Notes: generated from the letters alone by a model not told the origin. Counted from the stretch's first letter, positions 21,624 through 35,278 are shown. The stretch: 64,000 nt of DNA from Heterodontus francisci (GCF_036365525.1 NC_090388.1:26738662-26802661); one strand, 5' to 3'. Numbers and translations: made by a program.

Positions 21624-23436
21624 TATTCATTTATAATCATTGGTTAGTTTCACAATTGTAAACTTTGCATTAATGTAGCTGCATGGTAAAAAAAACCTAA
21701 AAAATTCTAGGTCCATTCTGTATTTCCTTAAGATACAGAATGCAAGTGAACAGTTGGAACACACCTCAATAGAACATGTACTAATTGAGCTACTACAAGT
21801 AACTTGTCAATTTGAGGAGATTAATTTGGGTCAGAAATCCCCTCCCATCCATACTTTACAGGCATGTTTGCATAATTTAGTTTAGTCACAGCTGCGTTGC
21901 ACAAAAGCTGTTTTGAACAGCTTGTTATGGACTTTATTTTTTCATGAATATGGTTAAAGGGGTAATAAAAGTTAATCAATAATCATCTAACTTATTTGGA
22001 TTTGCATTCAAAAAACAAGCCTGCACTTTGGATTCTTGATCTTTAAAGCAAGGTATATTTATTGTGTCTCTGCAGATCGTCTAAAAGAAACTGATATTTC
22101 AGATTTAGAAATAAAAACGATAAAGTAGAACTATAGTAGCAGACTATTAGGACAATCTTCTAAATCGAAGCATATTAGTTTATGTTAACAACAGCAGATT
22201 AATATTAATTAAAGAGCACTAGGTAAGTGAGTTTCATTTTATTTTAACATTTTACCTTGGAAGGGGGACTGATTGAGTTTGAAAAAAAAGCTTAACTGAA
22301 GCCATAATAAGTTTGAGTTAATATCAATCGTCAGTTATTATGCTGTAATTAAGTACATATTTTGGGCTTCAGTTTTAAACCTATCTGGTAACATTGAACT
22401 TGAAGATAATGGTGCCATACTTCAAAGGAATTTTATTCATAAATTATTCAAGGTTTCGGAAACAACATGCTTCAAATGTATATTTGAAATCGCACTTAGT
22501 TTTGAAAACTGTAACCTTTTTTACATATGTAAAACAGTAACGGGAGAAGTCCATGTACCATTGCAGTTTTTATGTGTATCTAAACATAGGAACAGGAGTA
22601 AGCCATTTAACCCATAAACTTGCTAAAATCCAAATCAAAAATTACCCATGCGAAAAATAAGTTTGATTTCCATGTTGGTACCACAGTAGTGTAGATTTGA
22701 AAGTTCTAGAAATAATTTATACATGGATATTATCAGAAACAGCCATTCACTGTGTCATTGGATTCATTTGGAACTTCAATCCAAATCCTCCCACTATGCT
22801 AATATCTAGATTTATGCCAGACTTAATGTTGGTTATGGTTAAAGGATGCTTTTGACAGAAAATTATACACATTAAAAATTTAAGAACCGAATGAAATAAG
22901 GAAAAAACTGAAAAGATTGCCAGAACTGTAACGTGATTTTTGATAAAGTTGAAAACCTCAGCACAGTACATCAAAATATTTTTGTACTTCCTCTTTCTTT
23001 AACTATGACTCAATCTATCAGTTCAATAAAATGTTTTAATGATTTTCCTCAACCTCTTTACTGCAGATCATGGTCGGGAATTTTCTTGGAACTGCTTCCA
23101 CTGTGCCATTCTAATCAAGTATCTACTGCACTCCCGGCAAAGTTACATCAGCAGAGAAGAAGCAGCTCTTAGGAAATTCCCAGCCCATGAGTTTCTTCTT
23201 CTTTGGCATCCTTGTCTCGAGAGACAATGGGTAAGCGCCTGGAGGTGGTTTCTACAACATTTATTAAGAATCTGATATCTGCACATTCTTTTTGTCTATG
23301 AAACCTTACTTCCTGTTGTCATGTTTTAGGTGATGGTTATCTATTATAAACTCCAATGTCCACATTTGTAATTGAAACTGTCTATGTAAATTTCTAAACT
23401 ACTATTACACCTTCCCACCAATGGGGGCACTGTTCT

Positions 23437-24080
23437 GAAATGGAAACAGAAAATGCTGGAAATACTCAACAGGTCAGGTGGCATCTGTGGAGAGAAAAAC
23501 AGAGTTAATGGGCTGAATTTTACGCCTCCCCCAAAGAGGTGGCGGGTGGGGAGTGTAAAATGGAGCGGGAGATTCACTGCTCCCAGTGGCACTGCTGGGA
23601 CTAAGAGCTGCTGGCCCGCTGATTGTCTGGCAGCTGTATTAGGCGGGACTTCCTGCCTCGAGTGGGTAGAGTTCATGTCTCAAAGCAATTCAAGGTTGGG
23701 GACCCGCATAATACGGGTTGGATCCCCAGGCCGGGCCGAAGCGGGTTCACCCCCGACTTTTCAGTCCGTGGATGGCTTCCGTCCGCCAAGGGTAAAATCC
23801 CGGCCAATGTTTCAGGCCTGTGACCTTTCATCAGAACTGGGAAAACTTCGAAATGTAATAGGTTTTGAGAAAGTGAAAGCGGTAGGGTGGGAAAAAAACC
23901 CAAAAAGGAAGGTCTGTGATAGGGTGGATGGCAGGATAGATTAAGCGACAAAAGGTTTCATAGTACAAGGCCAAAGGGACTAGTAAAGGGACAAGTAAAG
24001 AACCAAAAGATGTGTCCAGAGGAGGTGTGAATGGCAGGATCCTGAATAGCTGTTGTCTGAAATCAAAGAAGGGAAAATGA
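23437..24080 (-). mobile_element. Penelope 3' UTR fragment interrupted by a MITE
   Basis: aaatgctggaaatactc..gcatctgtggagaga..agagttaa|tgtttc..gacctttcatcagaactg, homologous to 50394-50750. Confidence 0.8.
23510..23805. mobile_element. Harbinger-type MITE, 296 bp, TSD AAT
   Basis: TIRs gggctgaattttac / gtaaaatcccggcc. aat duplicated at 23507-23509 and 23806-23808. Confidence 0.85.
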
Positions 24081-24659
24081 AAGGTGCAAGGAGGACAAAG
24101 GTACACAGAAGAGAAGAAGACTGACTAGGAAGTACATTTGTACTACAGTCTATAGACCATGGTGCTTCCTTGAGCATGCATCAGAAGAGATGTGTTAAAA
24201 GTGACAATGGTTCAATAAAGAGAAATTGAAAGAATACGGTGTTCAGTTGCAAATTGGCCTTCAGGGGTTATGGGCTTTTTGGCTTTTGAGAGATTTGGAG
24301 TGCAACCTCTTGGTGCCTACAGGATCTAACTCATAGCATCAGGTCTGCCCTTCTATGTACACTCATATCTGGGACCCAACTCAAGTGGTGTGGCTAGAAT
24401 CTACCTTAATAATGTTGTCTTCTCTCCTGATGTTAGCTCATATGATTTTCTAGCCAGCCGCCTGTTCATGCAGATGTTAGCATACAGGGCCAGACTTCCC
24501 ATCCATCTAAAGTGGCAACACAGTCTGTTGAAGAGTATCCCCAGTAGTGATACGCTGTGAGCTGACAGCATTCTTGATTCCAGGGGGCTCATAATAGCCC
24601 AGCACAGCCAAATACCACCTGCATCTCTGCCCTTAGGTAGCACCTTGGTGCAGCATTTT

Positions 24660-25862
24660 TGTAATTAATTCTTGAGATGTGAGCATCACTAGCAAGGCCA
24701 ACATTTATTGCCCATCACTAATTGCCCCTGAGAAGGTGCTGGTGAGCCGCCTTTTTGAACCGCTGCAGCCCATGTTGTGCAGGTACACCAACAGTGCTGT
24801 TAGGGAGGGAGTTCCAGGATTTTGTGTAGGAATGGCGATATATTTCCAAGTCAGGATGGTGTGTGACTTGGAGGGGAACTTGCTGGTGGTAGTGTTCCCG
24901 TAGGTCCACTGCCCTTGTGCTTCTACATGATAGAGGTTGTGGGTTTAGAAGGTGCTGGCGAAGGAGCCTTGGCGAGTTGCTGCAGTGCATCTTGTAGATG
25001 GTACACACTGCTGCCACTGTGCACTGGTGGTGGAGGGAGTGAATGTTTAAGGTGCTGGGTGGGATGCTGATCAAGCGGACTGCTTTGCCCTGGTGGGTGT
25101 CGAGCTTCTTGAGTGCTGCTGGAGCTTCCCTCATCCTGGCAGAATTCCCAGTTTCTGAACTGCTCTTGTAGCCACAGTATTTATATGACTGGCCAGTTAG
25201 GTTTCTGATCAATGGTGACCTCCAGCATGTTAATAGTGGGGGATTCAGCAATGGTAATGCCATTGAATGTCACGGGGAGATTGTTAGATTCTCTCTTGTT
25301 TGAGATGGTCATTGCCTGGCACTTGTGTGGCGCAGAGGGCGGCACAGTGGTGCAGTGGTTAGCACTGCAGCCTCACAGCTCCAGCGACCTGGGTTCAATT
25401 CTGGGTACTGCCTGTGTGGAGTTTGCAAGTTCTCCCTGTGTCTGCGTGGGTTTCCTCCGGGTGCTCCGGTTTCCTCCCACATGCCAAAGACTTGCTGGTT
25501 GATAGGTTAATTGGCCATTATAAATTGCCCCGAGTATAGGTAGGTGGTAGGGAAATATAGGGACACGTGGGGATGTGGTAGGAATATGGAATTAGTGTAG
25601 GATTAGTATAAATGGGTGGTTGATGGTCGGCAAAGACTCAGTGGGCCGAAGGGCCTGTTTCAGTGCTGTATCTCTAAACTAAACTAAAAATGTTGCTTTC
25701 CACTTATCAGCCCAAGCCTGAACGTTGTCCAGGTCTCAGTGTATGCAGGCACAGACTGATTCAGTATCTGAGGAGCTGCGAATGGTACTGAACACTGTGC
25801 AATCATTAGCAAACATCCCCACTGCTCATCTTATGTTGAAGAGAAGGTCAATGATGAAGCAA
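24660..25862 (-). mobile_element. 5'-truncated CR1-group LINE (family of 10172), interrupted by an HE1 SINE
   Basis: LKKLDTHQGKAVRLI..HSLHHQCTVAAVCTIYKMHC. Same 3' tail as other family members. Confidence 0.85.
25337..25688 (+). mobile_element. HE1-type tRNA-derived SINE
   Basis: A/B boxes (TGGTGCAGTGG, GGTTCAATTC), HER1-like tail, (ctaaa)n 3' repeat. Confidence 0.9.
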
Positions 25863-26095
25863 CTTACTCTGCTTCACCTGAAATCAAAGGCCTTGTATTA
25901 GTTAAGGGTATTGAGAGATGCGGAACAAAAGCAAAGTTGTGATACAAGATCAGCCATGATCTAATTGAATGGCAAATCAAGCTTGACGGGCTAAATGGCC
26001 TAGTCCTGTACCTGTGTAACCATATTGCTATGTTCTTATGCTTACTTACCTACAGGGGCAGTTTGAAAACCTGGAAAGTACAAATAGTGAGGAAA

Positions 26096-26161
26096 ATGAA
26101 AAGGGATGTGAAGATACAAGTCCTCAAATACTTCCTGAACCTTTTTAATGGAATCTTTTTT
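26096..26161 (+). CDS. TSPAN19: Tetraspanin coding exon 1: MKRDVKIQVLKYFLNLFNGIFF (exon acceptor at 26055|26056)
   Basis: KYFLNLFN tetraspanin TM1 motif (recalled human TSPAN19 IKYFLNLING), 66 nt, gtaagt donor. Confidence 0.9.
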
Positions 26162-26274
26162 GTAAGTATATTGTTTATTGCATTCACAGCTTTCAGAGAA
26201 TATTTGCAGACAAGCTCCTTGAAGCATTACAGGTTGTGAAAATTGTATCAAAGATATAAAGATATAATGACATC

Positions 26275-26830
26275 GATATTTATGGGGAAGAGAGGGAGGG
26301 AGGGTAGGGTGGGCATAGCGTCCAGGAAACCTGGAAATATGGCTAATTTAGAGGTTCCACTGAATTTAACAGTAGAACCTCATTTAAATATTTTGCCTTC
26401 ATTTCCCAGTAGCCAGCCAGCCAGCCAGCCAACTAGACTGAGAGGCTGGCTGGCTGCTGTATAAGAAGGCCTGTGCTGGAAGGCTGCAGCCAGGGATCAG
26501 AGAGAAGGGAGGGAGGAATCATAGAGGTCGAGGGGGAGATCATGGAGGCCTTAGGGAGATTGGACGTTCGGGGTAAGATTGGAAAGGCCAGTGGTGGCAG
26601 GGATATCAGAGGCTGGAGAGAGATTAGAATTGCCCTGATCCAAACACAGCAGGAGGGCTGATCATAGGAGGATCTAATTGCGTGAGGGAAGCGTGTTAGC
26701 TTTGGGGGCTTGGGTAAGCACTTCTGCTCCTTCTGACCCACAAGCAATGCTATAAAGTCAGTTACCTGATGGATCCAGCTGTTCAGCGATCAATTTCCTG
26801 AGCCCTGGGAAACATTTAAATTTAAAACAG
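26275..26830. mobile_element. Probable decayed non-autonomous DNA transposon with (ccag)n
   Basis: GA-rich interior resembling the Harbinger-type MITE interiors in this window. Termini not resolved. Confidence 0.35.
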
Positions 26831-27404
26831 TGGTCAAATTTGTGACACACAAATTTAAAAAAAATTAAAATAATGAACATGCCTATGACACTATGCTCCC
26901 TTTCGATGGGACTTACATTATTGAACTTCACTTGTTCTATTTGTAAAATATAAAGCTGTAAAATAAGATTACGACAAAGACACCAGCAATACTAGGGCAC
27001 CTTTAACAAATGTGCCCTGGTGCATTACAAAACAAAACTGGGGATGGGGATGGGGGAAGATAAATAAAATAAATATATAAAGAATTGGATACTAAACAAT
27101 GGTGGCAAAGTTAAGAGAGGTGACTGAAAGCGTGGTTACAACAATGGGTTTTGAGAAGTGGAAAGGCAGAGGAGTCTAGCGAGCAAGTGCTTGAAAATTG
27201 AAGTAAGGAGTTTAAGATAAAGTTTATGAGGGGAGTGATGGGAGGCTGGCAGCTTAACTTTCTATTTGTGTTATTATTCAGCACGTCACACTCCACATAT
27301 TATTAAGCATCAGTCAATTGTCACTTCCAAATTCTTTGGTTTTTAATGTTCTTGTTATTTTTTCACCCTGAAGTTGTTGATTACTTGCTAGAATATGACT
27401 CTAT

Positions 27405-27690
27405 CTATCTTATTCACATACGAGTCTAAACAGTAAGCATTGGCAGGTCATTTAACCACAGCTGGACATTACTGTTGAGTCTGATCCTACCTTTACACAA
27501 GTTCCACACAATGCACTTTTTGCAAGGGTAGCTGAATAGCAGTCAGGGTGAGGCGGCCCTGCATTAATTTCACCTCTCCAGTGCAAGGCTACTGAAACCA
27601 ATTGTATGACCCTCTTGCTGACTTGAGTGAGATGATCTCACTCAGCGGAGACTCAAGATTAATTAGATCTAAATGGCTCAGCTACTTATT
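27405..27690 (-). mobile_element. Deu-domain SINE (SacSINE1/AmnSINE1 superfamily)
   Basis: rc reads gctgagtgagatcatctca..tacaattggtttcagt..cctgactgctattcagctaccc..aaagtgcattgtgtgg..ggatcagactc..acctgccaatgcttactgtttagactc, matching the recalled Deu core. Confidence 0.75.
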
Positions 27691-28130
27691 TCTTCATTCC
27701 TTTCAGGTTTATTCTCACCTATATGGCATTCCTAAGATTTACTTACATTAAACCAATCCAACTGCTGAACATCTGCATAACTTTAGCTATTATAACATTT
27801 CACACAATGTTTAGTCAAAGTCAAGTTTGGAAGATTTGCTTTTAATCTTTTCATTTCAATAATTCATAAAAAGCAGATTTTCAGATGGCGGTTCAAGAAG
27901 TTGAGGCCAATGTATAATCATTTCGCCATTTCTTCCCAGCTCATATAATCTCAGTTTTACAATTCTCTTTATTGTCTTTTGTCAGGGGATAAGCACCAAA
28001 CTAATTTCTAAATAAAATCATTAAATTTTTGCTTGAACAGACCTGTCCCAGAATACATATAAACATCTAGCCAACAGCCATCCATATAATTACTTCTCTA
28101 ATTCTGGAGGTATTCACTTCGTGAGATTTA

Positions 28131-30358
28131 AGAACAACATAAGAAATAGGAACATACGAACATATGAACATATGAATTAGAAGCAGGAGTAGGCCACTCG
28201 GCCCCTCAAACCAGCTCAGCCATTCAACAAGATCATGGTGGATCTAATTGTAACCTCAACTCCACATTCCCGACTACCCCCAATAATCTTTCACCCCCTT
28301 GCTTATCAAGAATCTATCTACCCTTGCCTTAAAAATATTCAAAGGCTTTGCTTCCACCACCTTTTGAGGAAGAGTTCCAAAGACTCATGACCTTCTGAGA
28401 GAAAGAATTTCTCCTCACCTCTGTCTTTAATGGGCGACCCCTTATTTTGAAACAGTGACCCCGAGTTCAAGATTCTCCCACCAGAGGAAACATCCTTTCC
28501 ACATCCACCCTGTCAAGACCCCTCAGAATCGTATATGTTTCAATCAAGCCACCTCTTACTCTTCTAAACTCCAGCGGATACAAGCTTAGCCTGTCCAAAT
28601 TTTCCTGATAAGACAACCCTCCCATTCCAGATATTAGTCTAGTAAAACTTCTCCGAACTGCTTCCAACACATTTACATCCTTCCTTAAATAAAGAGACCA
28701 ATACTGCACACAGTACTCCAGATGTGGTCTCACCAGTGCCCTAAATAACTGAAGCATAACCTCCCTGCTTCTGTATTTTGTATTCAATTCCCCTTGCAAT
28801 AAATGACAACATTATATTACCTTTCCTAATTACTTGCTGTACCTGCATACTAACCTTTCACAATTCATGCACGAGGACACCCAGATCCCTTTTCATCTTA
28901 GAGCTCTGCAATCTCTCATCATTGAGATAATATGCTTCTTTTTAATTCTTCCTGCCAAAATAGACAATTTCACATTTTCTCACATTATGCTCCATTTGCC
29001 AGACCTTTGCCCAGTCACTAACCTATCAATATCCCTTTGTAGCCTACTTATGTCCTCTTCACAACTTACTTTCCTACCTATTTTTGTGTCATCAGTAAAT
29101 TTAGCAACCATACCTTCAGTCCCTTCATCCAAGTCATTTATATGAATTGGAAAAAATTGAGGCCCCTGCACTGATCCTGTGGCATTCCATTCATTACATC
29201 TTGCCAACCAGAAAATTATCCATTTATGCCTACTCCATGTTTCCTGTTAGCTAGCCAATCTTCTATCCAGGACAAAATGTTACCCCCTACACCATGAGCT
29301 TTTATTTTCCACAATAACCTTTCATGTAGCAACTTATCAAATACCTTCTGGAAATCTTACAGTACATCCACCAGTTCCCCTTTATCCACAGCACATTACT
29401 TCTTCAAAGAACTCCAATATATTGGTTAGACATGATTTCCCTTTCACAAAACCATGTTGACTTTGCCTAATTACCTTGAATTTTTCTAAGTGCCCTGCTA
29501 TAACGTCTTTAATAATAGCTTCTAACATTTTCCCTATGACAGATGTTAAGCTAGCTGGCCTGTAGTTTCCTGCTTTCTGTCTCCCTCCCTTTTTGAATAA
29601 AGGAGTTACATTGACTATTTTCCAATCTAATGGAACCTTCTCTAAATCTAGGGAATTTTGGAAAATTAAAACCAGCGCATCAAGTAACTCACTCGCCATT
29701 TCTTTTAAGACCCTAGGATGAAGTCCATCAGGACCCGGGGACTTATCAGCCCGCAGCTCCAACAATTTTCTCAGTACCACTTCCCTGGTGACTGTAATTT
29801 TCTTGAGTTCCTCCCTCCCTTCCACTTCCTGATTTACAGTTGTTTCTGGGATGTTACTTGTATTCTCTATGGTGAAGACAGATGCAAAATATCTGTTCAA
29901 TTGATCTGCCATCTCTTTATTTTCTCTTATTAATTCCCCAGACTCACTTTCTATAGGACCAACGCTCACTTTGTTAACTCTTTTCTTTTTAAAATATCTG
30001 TAGAATCTCTTCCTGTTTTTATATTTCTGGCTAGCTTTCTCTCGTACTCTAAGTTCTCCTTCCTTATTAATCTTTTAATTATTCTTTGTTGCTTTTTATA
30101 TTCTGTCCAATCTTCTGACCTGCCTCCCATCTTTGCACAACTATATGCTTTTTCTTTAAATTCGATGCTATCTTTAACTGTTTTCAGTTAACCACGGATG
30201 GTGGGTCCTACCCTTGGAATATTTCTTCCTCGTTGGAATGTATCTATTCTATATATTCTGAAATATCCCCTTAAATGTCTGCCACTTTATCTCTATTGAC
30301 CTATCTTGTAACCTACTTTGCCAGTTCATTTTTGCTAGCTCTGCTTTCATGCCCTCAT
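28131..30358 (-). mobile_element. 5'-truncated CR1 LINE (decayed ORF2)
   Basis: KSPGPDGLHPRVLKE, NYRPASLTS, QHGFVKGKSCLTN, FTDD, LEYCVQYWS. Tail of (tatgttc)n-like repeats. Confidence 0.92.
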
Positions 30359-30359
30359 A

Positions 30360-33300
30360 TTGAGCCTGCTCCATCATTCAACAAGACCATACCTGATCTA
30401 CTACCTCAATTCCACCTTCCCGCATTACTCCCAGATCCCTTTATTCCCTAGTATCAAAAATCTACCAATCACTATCTTGAATATATTCAAAGATTGAACA
30501 TCCACAGTCCTCTGAGGTAGAGAATTCTAAAGATCCACCACCCTTTGAGTGAAGAAATTTCTCCTCATCTCAGTCCTAAATGACCAACCCACTTAACTTT
30601 GAGACTGTGATCTTCTAGTTCTAGACTCCCCAGTCAGAGGAAACATTCTCCCAGCATCTACCCTATCAAACCTCTTAAGAATTTTATATATTTCAATGAG
30701 ATCCCCCCCTCATTTTTCTAAATTGGAGGAAACATAAGCCCAGACTTGTATTGATTACTCAATTTCTCCTCATAGGACAATCCCCTCATCCCAATAATCA
30801 GTCTAGTGAACCTTCATAGCACGAACAGGGCAAAGACAGAATCCATTTGTTTGTGCTGAGAAGCCAAAATGGTTTAATCACGCTCCTAGGGATATTCTAT
30901 AGGCCTCCTAGAGGAGAGAACTAGAGGATCAAATTTGCAGGGAAATCACGTAAGAACAAGAGAATGATGATATTAGGGGACTTTAATTACCTAAATATCG
31001 ATTGGGATAATTCTGGAGTAGAGGGGAAGGAGGGGGAAGAATTTCTGGATTGTATTCAGGAGAGCTTTCTTGATCGGTATGTTCTCAGCCCAACTAGAAA
31101 GGAGGCATTGCTGGATCTGGTGCTGGGAAACGAGGTGTGCCAAGTGGATCAAGTGTCTGTGGGGGACCACTTGGGTAAGAGTGATCATTGTATCATAAGG
31201 TTTAGACTCATAATGCAGAAAAGCAAGGAACAATACAAAGTAGAACGATTAGATTGGAAGGGGGATAATTTCAATGTGATGAGAAGTGAGCTAGCCAGGA
31301 TAAAATAGAACGAAAGACTGACAGGAAAAATTGTAATGGAACAGTGGGTTATCTTTAAAGAAGAGATGCTTCAGGTACAAGGATGGAAGGTAGGGGAACC
31401 AAAAACTGGGCTCCTCGGACGACGAGGGAGATAGAGATTATGATGGAAAAAAAGGGTATGACGCATGCCAGGTGAATTCTTCAAGTGAGAACCAGGCCAA
31501 ATACAATAAGGTGAGAGGGGAGGTGAAGAGGAAAATAAGACTGGCAAATAGAGAACATGAGAATAGAATGGCAGTCAACATAAAAGGGAACCCAAAAATC
31601 TTCTACCAATGTAAATAGTAAGCAGGTAGTAAGAGGTGGAGTCGGTAATATATGTCTAGAGGCACAGGACAGGTCTAGAATATCTAATGAGTACATTGTA
31701 TTGGTGTTTACCAAGAAAGTGGAATCTGACAAAATATCGGTAGAAGTGGGGAGGAGGCAAAAAATTGAGAGTGAGGAGGTACTGGAAAGGCTGGCTATGC
31801 TTAGGTTAGATTAGTCACCTGGTCCAGATGACTTGCATCCCAGGTTGCTAGAGGAAATTGGGGTGGAGATAGTGGAAGGGCTTGCCATAATCTTCCAATC
31901 TTCCCTATATCGGGGGAGGTGCCAGAGGATTGGAGAGTGGCAAATGTGACACCCTTATTCAAGAAAGTGTGTGAGGACAGTCCTAGCGACTACAGGTCAA
32001 TTAGTTTAATATCAGTAGTGGGTAAGGTTTTAGAAACAACAATCAGGGAAAAATCAACAGGCACTTGGAGAGGTTTGAGTTAATTAACGATAGCCAGCAC
32101 AGATTTGTAAAATGCAGATCATGCTTGCCTAATCTAATTAAATTTTTTTATGAATTAACAGAGAAGGTTGATGAAGGCAAAGCATTGGAGGTTGTCCATA
32201 TGGATGTTAAGAAAGTGTTTGATAAAATACCACATAAAAGGCTGGTTAACAAAATTGAGACTCACGGAATAGGATGGTCAGTGTCCAATTGGATAAAAAT
32301 TTGGCTCAAGGGCAGACAACAGCAAGTTGTGGTAAAAGGTTTTTTTTCAGACTGGAGGATGGTAGACACTGGGGTTTACCAAGGGTCAGTGCTAGGAGCA
32401 TTGCTTTTTTTTTAGGTATATATAGATGACTTGAATATTGGAATACAGCATAAAATATCAAAACTTCCCGATGATACCAAACTTGGAGGAATGGAAAACA
32501 GTGAGAATGATACAAACCGCCTGCAATAGGACATAGATAGGCTAGTGGAATGGGAAAAGAAGTGGTAGATGGAATTTAATACAGACAAGTGTGAGGTGAT
32601 GCATTTTGGGAGGGATAGTATGAGGTAATATAGACTTAATGGCGCAGTTCTAATAAGTGTGCAGGAACAAAGGGACCTGGGGGTGCATGTGAATTGATCT
32701 TTGAAGGTGGCAGGATATATTGAGAGGGTGGTTAGCAAATCATATGAGATCTTGGACTTCATAAATAGAGGCATCAAGTACAAGAGCAGGGAAGTTATGC
32801 TGAACGTTTGTAAAGCTCTGGTTATGCCCTAACTAGAGTATTGCGTCCAATTCTGGTCACCGCACTTTAGGAACGGTGTGAGGGTCCTTGCGAGGGTGCA
32901 GAGGAGGTTTACCAGAATGGTTCCAGGGATGGGGGATTTTAATTACAAGGTTAGGTTGGAAAAGCTGCTGTTGTTCTCCCTGGAGCAAAGGAGTTTGAGG
33001 GGAGATTTGATAGAGGTGTACAAGATTATGACAGCCTTAGATAAGATAAACAAGAAAACACTGTTCCCATTAACAGATGGTGCAAGGACTAGGGAACACA
33101 GCTTTAATGTTTTAGGCAAGAGATGCAGGGGAATATGAGGAAGAACTTTGTTACGCAGTGAGTGGTAATGACCTTGAACTCACTGCCCACGAGGGTGGTG
33201 GAAGCGGAGATAATTAATGATTTCAAAAGGAAATTGGATGGGCACTTGAAAGAAACTTGGAGGGCTATGGGGATCAAGCGGGGGAGTGGGACAGACTAGA

Positions 33301-33770
33301 TTGATCCGCGGGGAGCAGGCCTGGACACGATGGGCCGAATAAACTCTTTCTATGCTGTAAATGACTCTGACTTTATGACTCTCTCTGACTCCCTGCAAAG
33401 CTAGCATATCCTTCCTTAGGTAAGGAGACCAAAACTCTACACAGTACTCCAGGTGTGGTCTCACCAAGGGCCTATGCAATTGCAGTAAGATTTTTTCACT
33501 CTTATACTCCAATCCCTTTGTACCAAAGCCAATAAACCATTTGGTTTCCTAATTGCTTGCTGTACTGCATGTTAACTTTCTGCAATTCATGTACAAGGAC
33601 ACCTAGATTTCTCTGAATAAAAACATTTCCCTGTCTCTCATCCTTTAAAAAAATATTGTACTTTTCTACTTTTCCTTCCAAAGTGGATAACTTCCCCACT
33701 TTATATTCCATGTGCTATGTTCTTGCCCACTCACTTAACCCGTCTATATCCCTTTGCAGCCTCTTTGCGC
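30360..33770 (-). mobile_element. Older CR1 3' portion split in two (30360-30822 and 33389-33770) by a + strand CR1
   Basis: The sequence continues across the insertion (gtgaaccttcatagcac|...|ctccctgcaaagc). MEYKSEKILLQLHRPLVRPHLEYC. Confidence 0.75.
30823..33386 (+). mobile_element. CR1 LINE (EN + RT, decayed)
   Basis: ILGDFNY..LDLVL..SDH endonuclease motifs, RT remnants, and 3' tail atgactctgactttatgactct. Confidence 0.9.
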
Positions 33771-33949
33771 CCCCCCCTCACAGCTTACTCCTGTGCTTAC
33801 CGAGTCTACTTTACATCAATACACCATTTCTATTCGTTATCTGCACCAATCTCGGAGACGCCAGTTGGGGGCACCCGGCCGGGTTATGTTCTCAGGGTTA
33901 TGGCATGGCCATTCTTAAGTAACAATATTACATAAATATTGGCCAATTC

Positions 33950-34860
33950 TAGTCCTTGGGTATCTCCTCAAGTATTAATGAGCTCCTGAATATATTTGCC
34001 AAGTTCACAGTACTTCTCTTATTTATTCCTCAAGATCTCTTGTTGTATGACAAGATTGCATCTTGGTGCTTATCTGCTTTCGGTGACTTATGTTTTACAT
34101 TTTCTTCATGATTATCAATTTACTTTATAAATTTCTAAACAGCCGAGCCAACTTGCTTCTAGAATTTGGCATCATTCATTTGGATGATGATACTGAATAA
34201 TTTGCTAACATTCACATTGGTGACCAGCCTGCCAGTTTTGCCCTTTTGAGCTGGAATAAGCATAGCAAAAACGTTTTTTTCCGGATTCCTTTATTTTGTT
34301 AACTTCCATACTTCTCAGTAACCCTTGTTAGTAGCCTTAATTAACTTAATTTCCTTCATTTCCCGACTCTTTACATTGTGTAAAATTCCTTCTGCATTTG
34401 CTCTATGCTTTTATTTACTTACTAAGTCATTTTGACATTCATAGATATTATCTAATGATTTCGAAGTGGCATGGATTTCAGCTGGATCCTTAAAAATTTC
34501 TGAAAATTATTTCTCTGTAGTTTCAGTCTCTAATCTCCAAACAAATCTTTAATAGTTCCTCACTCATGATAAAAAAGTGATCTTCTGAAGTTCACCACTT
34601 GATTTCTAACATTCTTGTTGGTAATCCTCATAAACATGTCAAATAAAATATTATGATTGCTTGTGCTTAAATAATCATTCACAACCTATTTAATGACCAT
34701 TTCCAACTCATTAATAAATTCTAAACCTAATAAATCATTTTTCTTTGTGCACTGGTTGTCAAGCTGCATCAAAAGGCAATGCTAGACTACCTTAGTAAAT
34801 ATGGTTCCTCCTCCAGATAGAAATTGTTCTATTAGACAGCTAGTAGACAAATAATTCACC
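33950..34860 (-). mobile_element. Ancient AT-rich LINE remnant (CR1-like EN region)
   Basis: rc contains VVNDYLSTSNHNI (SDH-like motif). Heavily degenerate. Confidence 0.45.
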
Positions 34861-34861
34861 T

Positions 34862-35278
34862 ATTGTTTTCACTGGAACGACGAAGGTGGAGGGGCGACAT
34901 GATAGACGTTTACAAAGTTATAAGCGGCATGGATAGAGTGGATAGTCAGAAGCTTTTTCTCAGGGTGGAAGAGTCAGTTACTAGGGGACATAGGTTTAAG
35001 GTGAGAGGGGCAAAGTTTAGAGGGGATGTGCGAGGCAAGTTCTTTACACAGAGGTTGGTGAGTGCCTGGAACTTGTTGCCGGGGGAGGTGGTGGAAGCAG
35101 GTACCATAGAGATGTTTAAGAGGCATCTTGACAAATACATGAATAGGATGGGAATAGAGAGATACGGACCCCGGAAGTGCAGAAGGTTTTAGTTTAGGCA
35201 GGCATCAAGATCGGCGCAGGCTTGGAGGGCCGAATGGCCTGTTCCTGTGCTGTACTGTTCTTTGTTCTTTTGTTCTTT
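34862..35278 (+). mobile_element. CR1 3' fragment
   Basis: FSLERRRWRGDMIDVYK..TRGH..FFTQR..WN, with (tgttctt)n tail. Confidence 0.9.
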
